Shown: positions 1 to 9,666 of the stretch, in pieces
Numbering within the stretch: the first letter of the stretch is position 1
Layout of the letters: each line of letters opens with the position of its first letter
Assembly (NCBI GenBank): GCA_038153405.1
Contig: JAYOYH010000002.1
Span: 123,904-187,903 of the forward strand
Source of the DNA: Gemmatimonadota bacterium
GTDB lineage: Bacteria > Latescibacterota > UBA2968 > UBA8231
Length of the DNA stretch: 64,000 nt
Direction: 5' to 3'
Notes under the pieces: generated by a model
Database searches by the model: none
What the model saw: the letters and a program-made list of their open reading frames with translations, nothing else
Told to the model about the DNA's origin: nothing
Made by a program: the position numbers and the translations under genes

Positions 1-828
1 CGCGAGGAAATGGCCGTGCTCAACATGGTCAAGCAGGGCCTCTTCGGCGAGTTGATTCACTGCCAGTGTGGATACGAGCACGACCTGCGCTCCGAGATTA
101 CGCGCGGCGGAGAAAATCGCCACTATCGACTCAATAACTTCACCTACCGCAACGGCGACCTCTATCCCACGCACGGGCTGGGCCCCATCGCCAAAATGCT
201 CGACATCAACAAGGGCAATCGCTTTGTCTCTCTAGTCTCGATGAGTTCCAAAGCACGCGGCCTACATCAATACGCGACCGACCAACTCGGGCCCGACCAT
301 CCCCAATTCAACACAGTTTTTAACCAGGGCGATATCACAACTACGATGCTGAAGTGCGCCAACGGCGAGACGGTGTTGCTAACCCACGACTGCTCTCTGC
401 CGCGACCCTATTCGCGCGCCCAGCGCGTGCAGGGCACCAAAGGGCTGTGGATGGAGGACAAAAACGCGCTGCACTTTGACGGCGGCGGCGAGGACTGGGT
501 GCCGATGAGCGCCTTTTTCGACGAACACGAACACCCGGTGTGGAAAGACTTTATGGCCGGCGGCGTCAAGGGCGGACACGGCGGCATGGACTGGCTGGTC
601 CAGCGCGCCTTTATCGAATCCATTAAAGCGCGCCGGCAAACGCCCATCGACGTATACGATTCGGTGACCTGGATGGCCGTCACCGCACTGTCGGAAGACT
701 CTATTGCCTGCGGCAGTCAGCCACAGCCCTTTCCCGACTTCACCAACGGCAAGTGGATTCGCACCCGGCCCCAACCCGATCACTACTGGACACTAGACGG
801 CGTTTACAACCCACAGCCCACGACATGA
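1..828 (+). CDS. Gfo/Idh/MocA family oxidoreductase, GH109 alpha-N-acetylgalactosaminidase-like (5' truncated by window edge)
   Basis: The frame is open from the window edge. Motifs YPTHGLGP, HDCSLPRPYSR, GGHGGMD and FPDFTNGKW are typical of GH109/Gfo-Idh-MocA C-terminal halves. Confidence 0.8.
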   Translation, partial: REEMAVLNMVKQGLFGELIHCQCGYEHDLRSEITRGGENRHYRLNNFTYRNGDLYPTHGLGPIAKMLDINKGNRFVSLVSMSSKARGLHQYATDQLGPDHPQFNTVFNQGDITTTMLKCANGETVLLTHDCSLPRPYSRAQRVQGTKGLWMEDKNALHFDGGGEDWVPMSAFFDEHEHPVWKDFMAGGVKGGHGGMDWLVQRAFIESIKARRQTPIDVYDSVTWMAVTALSEDSIACGSQPQPFPDFTNGKWIRTRPQPDHYWTLDGVYNPQPTT

Positions 829-1041
829 CGGGAGCGCCCCGCAGCACTACGCCCAATGCTTGTAACACAGCGCCGTAAAGAGCGGCAAAAAGTCGCAATT
901 TAACATGTTGTTTTTATTACCATAAGACATCTACGCTGACGAGTATGACAACCCCAATTTTTCTCGTTGACTTTTGGTCGGCAGGCCTTCTAATTCAAAT
1001 AGAGGCGAACTTCTACACACCACGAATTAGGAGGATGTACC

Positions 1042-1311
1042 ATGCCCGCTGCCCAAAAGAGCAGGGTTAATTTCGTTCTTCACGCCCCCGGTGCGCGCGA
1101 AGTGTATCTCGCCGGCACTTTCAACGATTGGAATCCGCAGTCGCGGCCCCTGCGCTGCGATAAAAAAGGCAATTGGCGCACTTGGATGAATCTGCCCAAT
1201 GGGCAGCATGAGTACCGTTTCATCGTCAATGGCGACTGGCAGGAAGATCCGCAAGCCGACGAGCGCGCGGTAAATCCCTACGGAGCGTTTAACTCGGTAG
1301 TCCACGTTTAA
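1042..1311 (+). CDS. Small glycogen-binding (CBM48 / AMPK1_CBM-like, isoamylase early-set) domain protein
   Basis: Strong AGGAGG RBS. Motifs VYLAGTFNDW, G.HEYRFIVNG.W..DP and NPYG..NSV. Confidence 0.85.
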   Translation: MPAAQKSRVNFVLHAPGAREVYLAGTFNDWNPQSRPLRCDKKGNWRTWMNLPNGQHEYRFIVNGDWQEDPQADERAVNPYGAFNSVVHV

Positions 1312-1351
1312 GACGATGCTCCTCGCCTGGAGCCGCGCTCCAGGCGGGGGT

Positions 1352-1753
1352 TCAATCGAGCATCCACACCTGCACGTCGCCATTGCCGTCTTCCAACACC
1401 AGTTCCCTCCCCGCTAACCGCCAGCGCACCCGGCGTTCGCCTGCCGCACCAAAGTACGCACCGCGCAGCACCAGTTCCCCCTCCTCTACAGACCACGTGC
1501 CCGGGAAACTGCGCTGTCCGCTGCCTTCTAAAAACAGCGTCATAGCCAAGACGCCATCCGCTTCGAGTCGCATGTGGACGCGGACGGGTCCCAGCACTTC
1601 GTCCACTCCCTCTGTAACCCACACGCCCAACAGCTTTGCTTCTGGACTCTCCTCTACGACTGGCTCTACTCCTGTTTTTTCCCCGCACCCCCATAGGGCA
1701 GCGAGCAAAAAGAGCAATGTCCCCTGCCGGGCGCACGCGCGAGTAGCGCTCAC
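1352..1753 (-). CDS. Hypothetical lipoprotein (lipocalin-like beta protein)
   Basis: Hydrophobic stretch ending in a lipobox-like LWGC, followed by LLGVW and GTWSVEEGEL beta patterns. The start overlaps the stop of the upstream ORF (GTGA). Confidence 0.55.
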   Translation of the reverse strand: MSATRACARQGTLLFLLAALWGCGEKTGVEPVVEESPEAKLLGVWVTEGVDEVLGPVRVHMRLEADGVLAMTLFLEGSGQRSFPGTWSVEEGELVLRGAYFGAAGERRVRWRLAGRELVLEDGNGDVQVWMLD

Positions 1754-1974
1754 CCGTCTCCCCCCATACCCACGGCCTGAGCGCGCACTGCCGCGGCAAT
1801 GACCTCTTCACGGAGGTCGTCTGGGATGGCGTCAAATTCGATATTGAACGCATCGTCCGGCAGGACAGCGCGTTGGGCAATCCAGCCGTCGGCCTGCCGT
1901 TTCCAATGCAAAACGCCGGATCCCACACGCGAGTAAAAGGCGCCTTCGTCCCGGCCATCTCGATACAATTTCAT
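1750..1974 (-). CDS. Hypothetical protein (~74 aa)
   Basis: ATG at 1974 preceded by GGGAGAG. The stop overlaps the start of the next gene and the composition is protein-like. Confidence 0.55.
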   Translation of the reverse strand: MKLYRDGRDEGAFYSRVGSGVLHWKRQADGWIAQRAVLPDDAFNIEFDAIPDDLREEVIAAAVRAQAVGMGGDG

Positions 1975-2138
1975 GCGCTCTCCCAGGTTGTATACAGGCC
2001 AATTGATCCAGCGTATGACCGTCTCAAGATAGCCCAAAGCACGCGGGCAAACAACCGGGCTTCGGTTGCTTTATACCCCCCAGATCGTACTTTATGGACC
2101 GGCACGCAGCACCTGCCATATCTCTATTAGGAGTCGCT

Positions 2139-3806
2139 ATGTCCATCTCCACCACCCGGCACGCCGGCCCCCTAGACGGGGCCATGCAACAGGCCGTAGA
2201 CGACGTGCTACGGCGCGAAATCGTCGCGCGTATTGCCGCGCGCGACCACGCCGTATGGCGCCCCACCGCGGATGAAATCTCCAACCGCTTAGGCTGGCTA
2301 GACTGCCCCCACACCATGGTCGACAGCCTGGGCGAAATCCGCCGCGTGGTGCGGGAAACGCGCGCCGACGGCCTGCGCCATGCCCTGCTACTGGGCATGG
2401 GCGGATCGAGCCTTGCCCCAGAAGTATTCCGCCAAGTACTCGGCGTAGCCGATGGCTACCTCAATCTCGAAGTGCTCGACAGCACGCACCCAGAGTCCGT
2501 GTTGGCCAAAGCCAACGCCCTGGATCCCAGCCGCACGCTCTACATTCCAGCTACTAAATCGGGCGGCACGGTAGAGACGCTTTCGTTTCTCAAATTCTTT
2601 TACAGGCACGTCGCCAACGCGCTGGGCACGGCGCAGGCCGGACGGCATTTTATCGCTATAACTGACCCCGGCAGCGGCCTAGCCGATGCCGCACGCGCGC
2701 TGAACTTTCGCCATACCTTTCTCAACGATCCCCACATCGGCGGGCGCTATTCGGCGCTATCGCACTTTGGCCTTGTTCCTGCGGCAATGCTCGGCGTCGA
2801 CCTAGACGACCTGCTCGAACGCGCCCGCAGGGCGAGCGAACAGACCCAGCCAGCCGTCGAACTCGGCGCCTTTATGGGCGCGGGAGCCGCACAGGGACGC
2901 GATAAGCTGACGCTGATTGCCTCGCCGCCCCTCGCACCGGTCGGCACCTGGGTAGAGCAGCTCATAGCCGAGAGCACCGGCAAGGAAGGCAAGGGCATTG
3001 TACCTGTCGAAGGAGAACCGTTCCTCGAGCCATCGGCCTATGGCAGCGACCGGCTCTTTGTCTATTTGCGCTGCGACGATGCACTCGACGACCGCGCCGG
3101 CGCACTCGCGGCGGCAGGCCATCCTCTGCTGTGCTTGGAACTGGACGACTTAAACGACCTCGGAGCAGCATTCTACCAGTGGGAATTGGCCACGGCCATT
3201 GCCGGCCACCTCATGGATATTCACCCCTTTGACCAACCGGATGTCGAGGCCGCTAAGGTGCTGGCTCGAGATATGGTACAGGCCTACCAGCAGCGCGGCG
3301 CGCTGCCGAGCGAACCGCCGATAGCCGTGCATGGCTCGCTCAGCGCCTTTGGCAGTGAACCGGCCACATCGCCCGACCAAGCCCTGCGCGCGCTCTTGGC
3401 ACAGGGACAGCCCAATTGCTCCTATATTGCCCTGCAGGCCTATCTCAACCCGACGCCGGAAATAGGCCAACTCTTAGCTGCACTGCGCCGTACCCTGCAG
3501 ACGAGCCGGGGTCTGGCCACGACGCTGGGCTACGGCCCGCGCTTCCTGCACTCCACCGGCCAATTGCACAAAGGCGATGCCGGCCACGGCCTCTTCTTGC
3601 AGCTGACGGCTACGACGACCGTCGACGCCCCCATTCCCGATGCGGCCGACGGCGACGCTTCCGGCCTGAGCTTTGGCGTTTTAATCGCCGCTCAGGCCCA
3701 AGGAGATGCCAGCGCGCTACGCAAAGCCGGTCGCCGCGTCCTGCGCATCGACCTGGGCTGCGATGCGGCAGCAGGCCTGCGCGCGCTCACCTCTCAATTG
3801 AACTAA
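2139..3806 (+). CDS. pgi: Glucose-6-phosphate isomerase (Tal-Pgi-type PGI moiety without the transaldolase domain)
   Basis: [47 protein letters not shown] and [24 protein letters not shown] before ATG 2139. Adjacent to gnd. Confidence 0.85.
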   Translation: MSISTTRHAGPLDGAMQQAVDDVLRREIVARIAARDHAVWRPTADEISNRLGWLDCPHTMVDSLGEIRRVVRETRADGLRHALLLGMGGSSLAPEVFRQVLGVADGYLNLEVLDSTHPESVLAKANALDPSRTLYIPATKSGGTVETLSFLKFFYRHVANALGTAQAGRHFIAITDPGSGLADAARALNFRHTFLNDPHIGGRYSALSHFGLVPAAMLGVDLDDLLERARRASEQTQPAVELGAFMGAGAAQGRDKLTLIASPPLAPVGTWVEQLIAESTGKEGKGIVPVEGEPFLEPSAYGSDRLFVYLRCDDALDDRAGALAAAGHPLLCLELDDLNDLGAAFYQWELATAIAGHLMDIHPFDQPDVEAAKVLARDMVQAYQQRGALPSEPPIAVHGSLSAFGSEPATSPDQALRALLAQGQPNCSYIALQAYLNPTPEIGQLLAALRRTLQTSRGLATTLGYGPRFLHSTGQLHKGDAGHGLFLQLTATTTVDAPIPDAADGDASGLSFGVLIAAQAQGDASALRKAGRRVLRIDLGCDAAAGLRALTSQLN

Positions 3807-3840
3807 ATGCGAACACCATCCTAACGAAAGCGAACGCAAC

Positions 3841-5298
3841 ATGAGCCAAGCAGATATCGGCCTTATTGGACTCGCCGTCATGGGCGAGAATTTAGTGCTC
3901 AACATGGCCAGCCACTCCATTCGCGTAGCCGTCTACAACCGCACGACCGCGCGCGTGGACGCCTTCTTAGCCGGGCGCGCCCAGGGTCAACCCATCGTCG
4001 GCGCCCACTCGCCCGAGGAACTGGTAGCGCTGCTTAAAAAACCGCGCCGCATTATGCTAATGGTTCAGGCCGGCGCCGCCGTAGACCGCGTCATCGAGCA
4101 ACTGCTGCCACTGCTCGATCCCGGCGACATCATCATCGACGGCGGCAACTCCAACTACCAAGACACCGTGCGCCGCACCAGAGAGCTAACGGAGAAGGGA
4201 TTTCTCTATATCGGCACAGGCGTTTCCGGCGGAGAGGAAGGCGCGCTCAAAGGCCCAAGTATTATGCCCGGCGGCAATCCCCAGGCCTGGCCCCATGTCA
4301 AAGACATCTTTCAGGCCATCGCCGCCCGAGTCGAAGACGGCAGTCCGTGCTGTGACTGGGTGGGCGACGACGGCGCCGGCCACTATGTAAAGATGATTCA
4401 CAACGGCATCGAGTACGGCGACATGCAGATGATTTGCGAAGCATATGATGTCATGCGCCAAGTGCTGGGCATGCAACCGGCGCAGATGGGCCAAGTCTTT
4501 GCCGAGTGGAATGGGGGCGAACTGGACAGCTACCTCATTGAAATAACCGCCGAGATACTAGCCAAGACCGACGACGAAAGCGGCAAGCCCATGATCGATC
4601 TCATACTCGATGCGGCCGGGCAAAAGGGCACGGGCAAGTGGACCGGCATTGATGCGCTACAGCTAGGTGCCGTAGCCACCGCGATTACCGAAGCCGTGTA
4701 TGCGCGCAGCCTGTCTGCGCTTAAAGAAGAGCGGGTCGCCGCCTCCGCGGTCTTAGAAGGACCGCCGGCTACGCCCTTCAACGGCGATCGCAGCGCCTTT
4801 ATAGAAGACGTGCGCCGCGCCCTATACGCATCGAAAATCTGTTCCTATGCACAGGGATTCCAGCTCCTGCGCATGGCCGCAGACGAATACGGTTGGCAGC
4901 TAAATTTTGGCAGCATCGCGTTGATGTGGCGGGGGGGATGCATTATCCGCGCCCAATTTCTCGGACGCATTAAAGAAGCCTTTGACGCCAATCCGCAGTT
5001 GGCCAACCTGCTGTTAGCGCCCTACTTCCAACAGGCCCTTGCCCAATCGCAGGCGTCGTGGCGCCGGGTCGTGGCCAAGGCAGTCGAATGCGGCGTGCCG
5101 GTGCCGGCCTTTAGCAGCGCCCTGGCTTATTTCGACGGCTACCGCTCGGCGCAGCTGCCCGCCAATTTGCTGCAGGCGCAGCGCGATTATTTTGGCGCCC
5201 ACACCTACGAGCGCGTAGACAGGCCGCGCGGTGAATTCTTTCACACCAACTGGACGGGCCGCGGCGGCGACACCGCTTCTACCGCCTATAATGCGTAA
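3841..5298 (+). CDS. gnd: 6-phosphogluconate dehydrogenase, NADP-dependent, decarboxylating
   Basis: [42 protein letters not shown] and [12 protein letters not shown]. Confidence 0.97.
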   Translation: MSQADIGLIGLAVMGENLVLNMASHSIRVAVYNRTTARVDAFLAGRAQGQPIVGAHSPEELVALLKKPRRIMLMVQAGAAVDRVIEQLLPLLDPGDIIIDGGNSNYQDTVRRTRELTEKGFLYIGTGVSGGEEGALKGPSIMPGGNPQAWPHVKDIFQAIAARVEDGSPCCDWVGDDGAGHYVKMIHNGIEYGDMQMICEAYDVMRQVLGMQPAQMGQVFAEWNGGELDSYLIEITAEILAKTDDESGKPMIDLILDAAGQKGTGKWTGIDALQLGAVATAITEAVYARSLSALKEERVAASAVLEGPPATPFNGDRSAFIEDVRRALYASKICSYAQGFQLLRMAADEYGWQLNFGSIALMWRGGCIIRAQFLGRIKEAFDANPQLANLLLAPYFQQALAQSQASWRRVVAKAVECGVPVPAFSSALAYFDGYRSAQLPANLLQAQRDYFGAHTYERVDRPRGEFFHTNWTGRGGDTASTAYNA

Positions 5299-5330
5299 AG
5301 CCTAGCCTCCTGCAAGAGCGCGAGCGCAGA

Positions 5331-6746
5331 CTAAAGAGGCCAGTGCATGCCGCGCTGCCCCGACAGGCCCTTCGAGTCCAACGGCAGCATCGGCTCGGCC
5401 GGTAAGCCGGCCAACGCGCCGTCGACGACCCACGCACGGTCCTCGCCGCGCAGCTGCTCTGCCAGTAGCCCTTCCATATGGCGGCGACGATCGGCGTATT
5501 CGCTTTTTGCAGACAGGTCGACCAGTTCCTCTGGGTCTTCTTCTAGGTCAAATAGCTGCACCGCATTGCCCAGTGGGTAGTAAATTAGCTTAAAGCGGCC
5601 AGCGTGTAGCATGCGGGTAGCGCGCGCCCCTCGACCGACTTCGCCGTAGAGATAGTCCCGCCGCGCTCCCGACAGCATGCAGCGACCCTCCACGCTGTCG
5701 GGAACGGCCAAACCGGCCATGTTCAGCAGCGTCGGCATTACATCCTGCCAGCCGACGAGCCGATCGTCGACGCAGCCGCAACCGACGTCTTGGCCTTCCC
5801 TAGCCCCGACCAAAACCATCGGAACGCGAGCCGATTCTTCGTAGTAGAGTCTCTTTGCCCACAGTCCGTGCTTTCCCAGCATATCGCCGTGATCCGAAGT
5901 AAAGAGCACAATTGTGTCGTCTAGTATGCCCTGCTCGCGCAGGGTGCCGATAATCACCCGCAGTTGATGGTCGATATGAGTGCTCAAGGCATAGAACGCG
6001 CGCCGCGCCGCGCGCGTGGCGTAGTCGCTGAATAGCTCGCCCCCATGCCGGCGCGCGCGCAGCGCAAGGGGCACGCTCTCTGGGTCTTCTGCCCACTCCC
6101 CCACGCTTGGCGTAGGCACCGATAATTCGCGATACATATTCCAGTAGAAGTCGAGTGGAGCCAGCGGTGGATGCGGGTGGGTGTAAGAGGCATACCAAAG
6201 GGATGGACGCGTTGGGTCACGGCGCTGAATCGTGCGCACGACATTCCGCGTTATCCAGTTGGTCACATGCGTTTCTTCCGGCAGATGCCAGGTGCGATTG
6301 ACATACTCATTATTTCCCATGCCGTGCAGGAACTGCGCTCCGCCGTATCCCCGTTCGGCCAGATAGGCTTCGTAATCGTCAACTACGCCCCACTGCACGC
6401 GACCTTCCTCACACAGCAGCACGTCGTCAAACCCCAAGCGACGGCGCTGGGGCGAGGTGTGCAATTTGCCCACAGCATAGCTCTGGTAACCGGCTGCGCC
6501 AAACGCCTCTGCCAGCAGCATTGCAGGGAGCCTGTCGGGGATAGCGGTCGGGGCTCTGCCCGTCATCAGTGCTCTGCGCGCCGGCACGCAGAGCGGCGCT
6601 TCGCTATAGGCGCGCACATAGCGCCGCCCGCTGCGAGCCAGCGCGTCCAGAGTCGGTGTCTGCACGCACGGGTGGCCTTCGACACCGAGCATATGCCCCG
6701 GCCAGTGGTCAGTTGTAATGAGCAGAATATTAGGTTTTTGCTGCAC
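5331..6746 (-). CDS. Sulfatase (formylglycine-dependent, choline-sulfatase-like)
   Basis: PNILLITTD, the CxPxR signature (LCVPARRALMTG), GKLH, PHPP, FTSDHGD and LFDL..DP.E. Confidence 0.9.
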   Translation of the reverse strand: MQQKPNILLITTDHWPGHMLGVEGHPCVQTPTLDALARSGRRYVRAYSEAPLCVPARRALMTGRAPTAIPDRLPAMLLAEAFGAAGYQSYAVGKLHTSPQRRRLGFDDVLLCEEGRVQWGVVDDYEAYLAERGYGGAQFLHGMGNNEYVNRTWHLPEETHVTNWITRNVVRTIQRRDPTRPSLWYASYTHPHPPLAPLDFYWNMYRELSVPTPSVGEWAEDPESVPLALRARRHGGELFSDYATRAARRAFYALSTHIDHQLRVIIGTLREQGILDDTIVLFTSDHGDMLGKHGLWAKRLYYEESARVPMVLVGAREGQDVGCGCVDDRLVGWQDVMPTLLNMAGLAVPDSVEGRCMLSGARRDYLYGEVGRGARATRMLHAGRFKLIYYPLGNAVQLFDLEEDPEELVDLSAKSEYADRRRHMEGLLAEQLRGEDRAWVVDGALAGLPAEPMLPLDSKGLSGQRGMHWPL

Positions 6747-6752
6747 GTATCC

Positions 6753-7646
6753 TCAGACTTTCTTACCGGCTAGCTGCGCCCCTATCAATTCGATAAATGC
6801 GGCGGCGGCCGCCGAGCGCCTGCGATGGCGCCGCTCTATTGTTCCGACCTGCCCCGCGCGCAGGCCATCCACTTGCACGGCGCACAGCGAACCCCGCTCT
6901 GTCTCGACTTCCACCGCAATCCTTGGCACAATTGCAATACCCAAGCCAACTTCGACAAAGCGCTTGAGGACTTCAATGCTGCCCAACTCCATAGCAATCT
7001 GCGGATGCAGTTCGCGCTGGGCTAGGGCCGCGTCGAGCAACTGACGGCTCGTACTGCCGCGCTGCAGTACAAGCAGGGGATGCTTTATAAGCGCATCGAG
7101 GCGGACGCGCTTGCGCTTGCCCAACGGATGGTCTGGTCGACATACCAACACTTCTCTGCGCTGAAAGAGCACCTCTTCGCACACGTCGCGATGGCGCACG
7201 GGCAGCGTAACTAGCCCAATGTCGATTTCATCGGCCGCGACTAAGCTAGCGATCTCCAGCGACATGCGGTTGCGAATATCCAGTTCGACGCCCGGATGGC
7301 GCTGGCGGTACTCTTCAAGAACGCGGGGCAATATATAGGTGCAGTTGGTATCGCTCGTCCCAATGACCAAGCGCCCGCGCAAGGCATCGCGCAGGGCTGC
7401 TATTTCGCTGCGCGCATCGTCTAGGTGGGCAAAGATCTGTCGAACGTGGTCGTAGAGAACTTCGCCCGCCGCCGTCAGGCTAATTTCACGCCGTTTGCGA
7501 TCGAACAGCACTTCGCCCAGCTCTCCTTCGAGAGCTTTTATCTGCAGGCTAATAGCCGGCTGCGTTAGGAATAATTTATCGGCCGCACGCGTGAAACTCC
7601 GCTCTCGAGCGATCTCGTAAAAACCGCGAAGCTGATATAAATCCAT
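6753..7646 (-). CDS. LysR family transcriptional regulator (CysL/CbbR-like)
   Basis: N-terminal HTH SFTRAADKLFLTQPAISLQIKALE; 297 aa with a LysR substrate-binding domain. Confidence 0.93.
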   Translation of the reverse strand: MDLYQLRGFYEIARERSFTRAADKLFLTQPAISLQIKALEGELGEVLFDRKRREISLTAAGEVLYDHVRQIFAHLDDARSEIAALRDALRGRLVIGTSDTNCTYILPRVLEEYRQRHPGVELDIRNRMSLEIASLVAADEIDIGLVTLPVRHRDVCEEVLFQRREVLVCRPDHPLGKRKRVRLDALIKHPLLVLQRGSTSRQLLDAALAQRELHPQIAMELGSIEVLKRFVEVGLGIAIVPRIAVEVETERGSLCAVQVDGLRAGQVGTIERRHRRRSAAAAAFIELIGAQLAGKKV

Positions 7647-7797
7647 GGGGGGAATCCTCGTTTACGCGCGTTATGCACCAATCAACTATAGTGAAATTTA
7701 CTTATGACCAAAACCATCGACTCATGCCGGCTCCCCTCAAGCGTGCCCGCTGCGCAGCCAATTGCCTATATTTGCGAAGCATTTCAAAGGAGATTCT

Positions 7798-8181
7798 ATG
7801 CTCAACCTACTGCTCGTCGGCTGCGGAGGTTTTATCGGCTCTGTTTTGCGCTACCTGACCGGCCACCTAGTGCACGCGCTGCTGCGCCACGCGACGTTTC
7901 CCTATGGCACGCTGGCCGCCAACGTGCTGGGTTGCTTTTTTATTGGACTACTCGGCGGAATAGCAAGTCAGCACACCGAACTATCCTCAGCGACTCGACT
8001 CTTTTTATTTACCGGAGTCTTGGGGGGATTTACCACGTTTTCTACGTTCAGCTTTGATACATTTAGTATGCTACAAGCGGGTGGACCACAGGCAGTCCTG
8101 CTGGCAATAGTACACATTTTATCCCACCTTTTTCTGGGCTTATTGGCCGTCTACTTTGGCCATTATATATCGCATACATAG
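7798..8181 (+). CDS. crcB: Fluoride efflux channel Fluc/CrcB
   Basis: GGFIGSVLRY, FPYGTLAAN and TGVLGGFTTFSTF. AGGAG RBS before ATG 7798. Confidence 0.93.
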   Translation: MLNLLLVGCGGFIGSVLRYLTGHLVHALLRHATFPYGTLAANVLGCFFIGLLGGIASQHTELSSATRLFLFTGVLGGFTTFSTFSFDTFSMLQAGGPQAVLLAIVHILSHLFLGLLAVYFGHYISHT

Positions 8182-8341
8182 CTTATCAGTACTGATTTAC
8201 AACCACAATTCGAAAGATTATTTTTTGACTTATGTGCAAAATATACTTTTTATTTGGGAGCGCTTTTTTTCGGTAAAAGTGTACCTTCGCAATATACTGT
8301 ACTCCGCACAACACTCATTCGTTAGTAGAAAGGATCTCTTC

Positions 8342-8785
8342 GTGCCCAACATTGCTAACTTGTTAAAAGAGGAAATCGGCCGCTTAGCCCGCAAGGAAGT
8401 TCGCTCTGCCTGTGACCCTCTGCAGCAGCAGCTGCGCGAATTGCGCAAGGCCGTTCGCCAGCAGCGCGAGACCATTGAAGTGCTGCAGCAGCGCATTGAC
8501 CAATTGCAGGCACTTTCCACCTCGCCGACGGAAAAAATTCTCGAGGCGCCTTCTATTGATGACGACAAGCAAATACGCTTGTCGGGCAGCTCCATTAAGA
8601 AGCACCGCCAGCGTCTCGGCCTGTCACAGGGCGAACTGGGTCAATTGCTCAACGTCAGCACCAATACGATCGTGCGCTGGGAACAGGGCACCTCAAAGCC
8701 GCGCGCAGCCTACCGGACGGGCTTGGCTCAGTTGCGCACCATGGGCGTTCGCGAAGTGAAAAAATTGCTGGCGGCAATGGAGTAA
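8342..8785 (+). CDS. Coiled-coil plus XRE-type helix-turn-helix protein
   Basis: GTG start after AAGGA. N-terminus MPNIANLLKEEIGRLARKE, then a coiled coil, then the C-terminal HTH RQRLGLSQGELGQLLNVSTNTIVRWEQG. Confidence 0.85.
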   Translation: MPNIANLLKEEIGRLARKEVRSACDPLQQQLRELRKAVRQQRETIEVLQQRIDQLQALSTSPTEKILEAPSIDDDKQIRLSGSSIKKHRQRLGLSQGELGQLLNVSTNTIVRWEQGTSKPRAAYRTGLAQLRTMGVREVKKLLAAME

Positions 8786-8805
8786 CGCTTCGCTCATCCT
8801 ACGAC

Positions 8806-8839
8806 AAAAAAAACCGCCCGACAAAAGGGCGGTTTTTTT
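8806..8839. terminator. Bidirectional rho-independent terminator
   Basis: A8-CCGCCC-loop-GGGCGG-T7 between convergent genes. Confidence 0.9.
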
Positions 8840-9659
8840 ATTTCCACTCCTCTATGTACGCTGCCATGCACTTGGCCAATTCGACATTGTCGTGTTTTAG
8901 CGCACCCCGGCGTACAATCCCCGCTTTGCGCAGCAGCATTTGACGCGCCGCCGCGCGCTTTTCCAAGGCGAGTTGTGGCGCCTCCTGCAGCAGTTTATCC
9001 AGCGCGTATACGCGAAAGCGATCCATCGCATAATGCGCCTGAGATAGCTGGTCGGCGTGGCCGCCGTATTTCACAATCAGCTTTTCCGGCACGTAGCACA
9101 CCGACCACCGAGCGGCAATGCGCAGCCACAGTTCGTAATCCTCACAGGCGGGAAGCGTCTCGTCGAACAGGCCGACTTGCTCAAACACTTCGCGGTGAAT
9201 TGCAATGGACGAGGGCGACATCACGCACAGCGGCAACGCGCGCAAGAAAATATCTCCACCGTATTTCTGGTGGTGCTTATGCGGATTGACGCGCACGCCG
9301 TTGCGCATCCAAATCTCATCCGTATGGCATACAGGCAGGCCGCTTTCGGCGAGCGCACGGCGCTGCTTGAGCACCTTGTCGGCAAGCCATTCGTCGTCGG
9401 AGTCGAGAAAGGCCAACCACTCGCCGCGCGCCACTTCGATGCCGCGGTTGCGGGCCGCTGATACGCCGCTGTTCTGTGCGAGTTCAACCATGCGCACCGC
9501 GTCGCCAAATGCTTCTTTAACAACGCCTACCGTATCGTCTTCCGACGCGTCGTCGACGACAATCACCTCGCAGTCATCGACGCCCTGCGCCAGAACTGAG
9601 CGGATGGCGCGGCCAATCCACTGGGCGCGATTAAAGACGGGAATAATTACCGAGAACAC
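8838..9659 (-). CDS. Glycosyltransferase family 2
   Basis: SVIIPVFNR, VVDDAS, GVSAARN.G, AFLDSDD and EDYELWLR. GTG start at 9659 is more plausible than 9707. Confidence 0.9.
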   Translation of the reverse strand: MFSVIIPVFNRAQWIGRAIRSVLAQGVDDCEVIVVDDASEDDTVGVVKEAFGDAVRMVELAQNSGVSAARNRGIEVARGEWLAFLDSDDEWLADKVLKQRRALAESGLPVCHTDEIWMRNGVRVNPHKHHQKYGGDIFLRALPLCVMSPSSIAIHREVFEQVGLFDETLPACEDYELWLRIAARWSVCYVPEKLIVKYGGHADQLSQAHYAMDRFRVYALDKLLQEAPQLALEKRAAARQMLLRKAGIVRRGALKHDNVELAKCMAAYIEEWK

Positions 9660-9666
9660 GGCGATC

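Noticed and set aside
7650..7797. Fluoride riboswitch upstream of crcB
   Set aside because: The conserved aptamer core was not found by eye.
8296..8312. SOS-box-like CTGT...ACA sequence
   Set aside because: The spacing and last base do not fit CTGT-N8-ACAG, and the LexA motif for this lineage is unknown.
8156..8341. Long N-terminal extension of the HTH ORF
   Set aside because: AT-rich and intergenic-like; the family-typical start MPNIA at GTG 8342 has an RBS.
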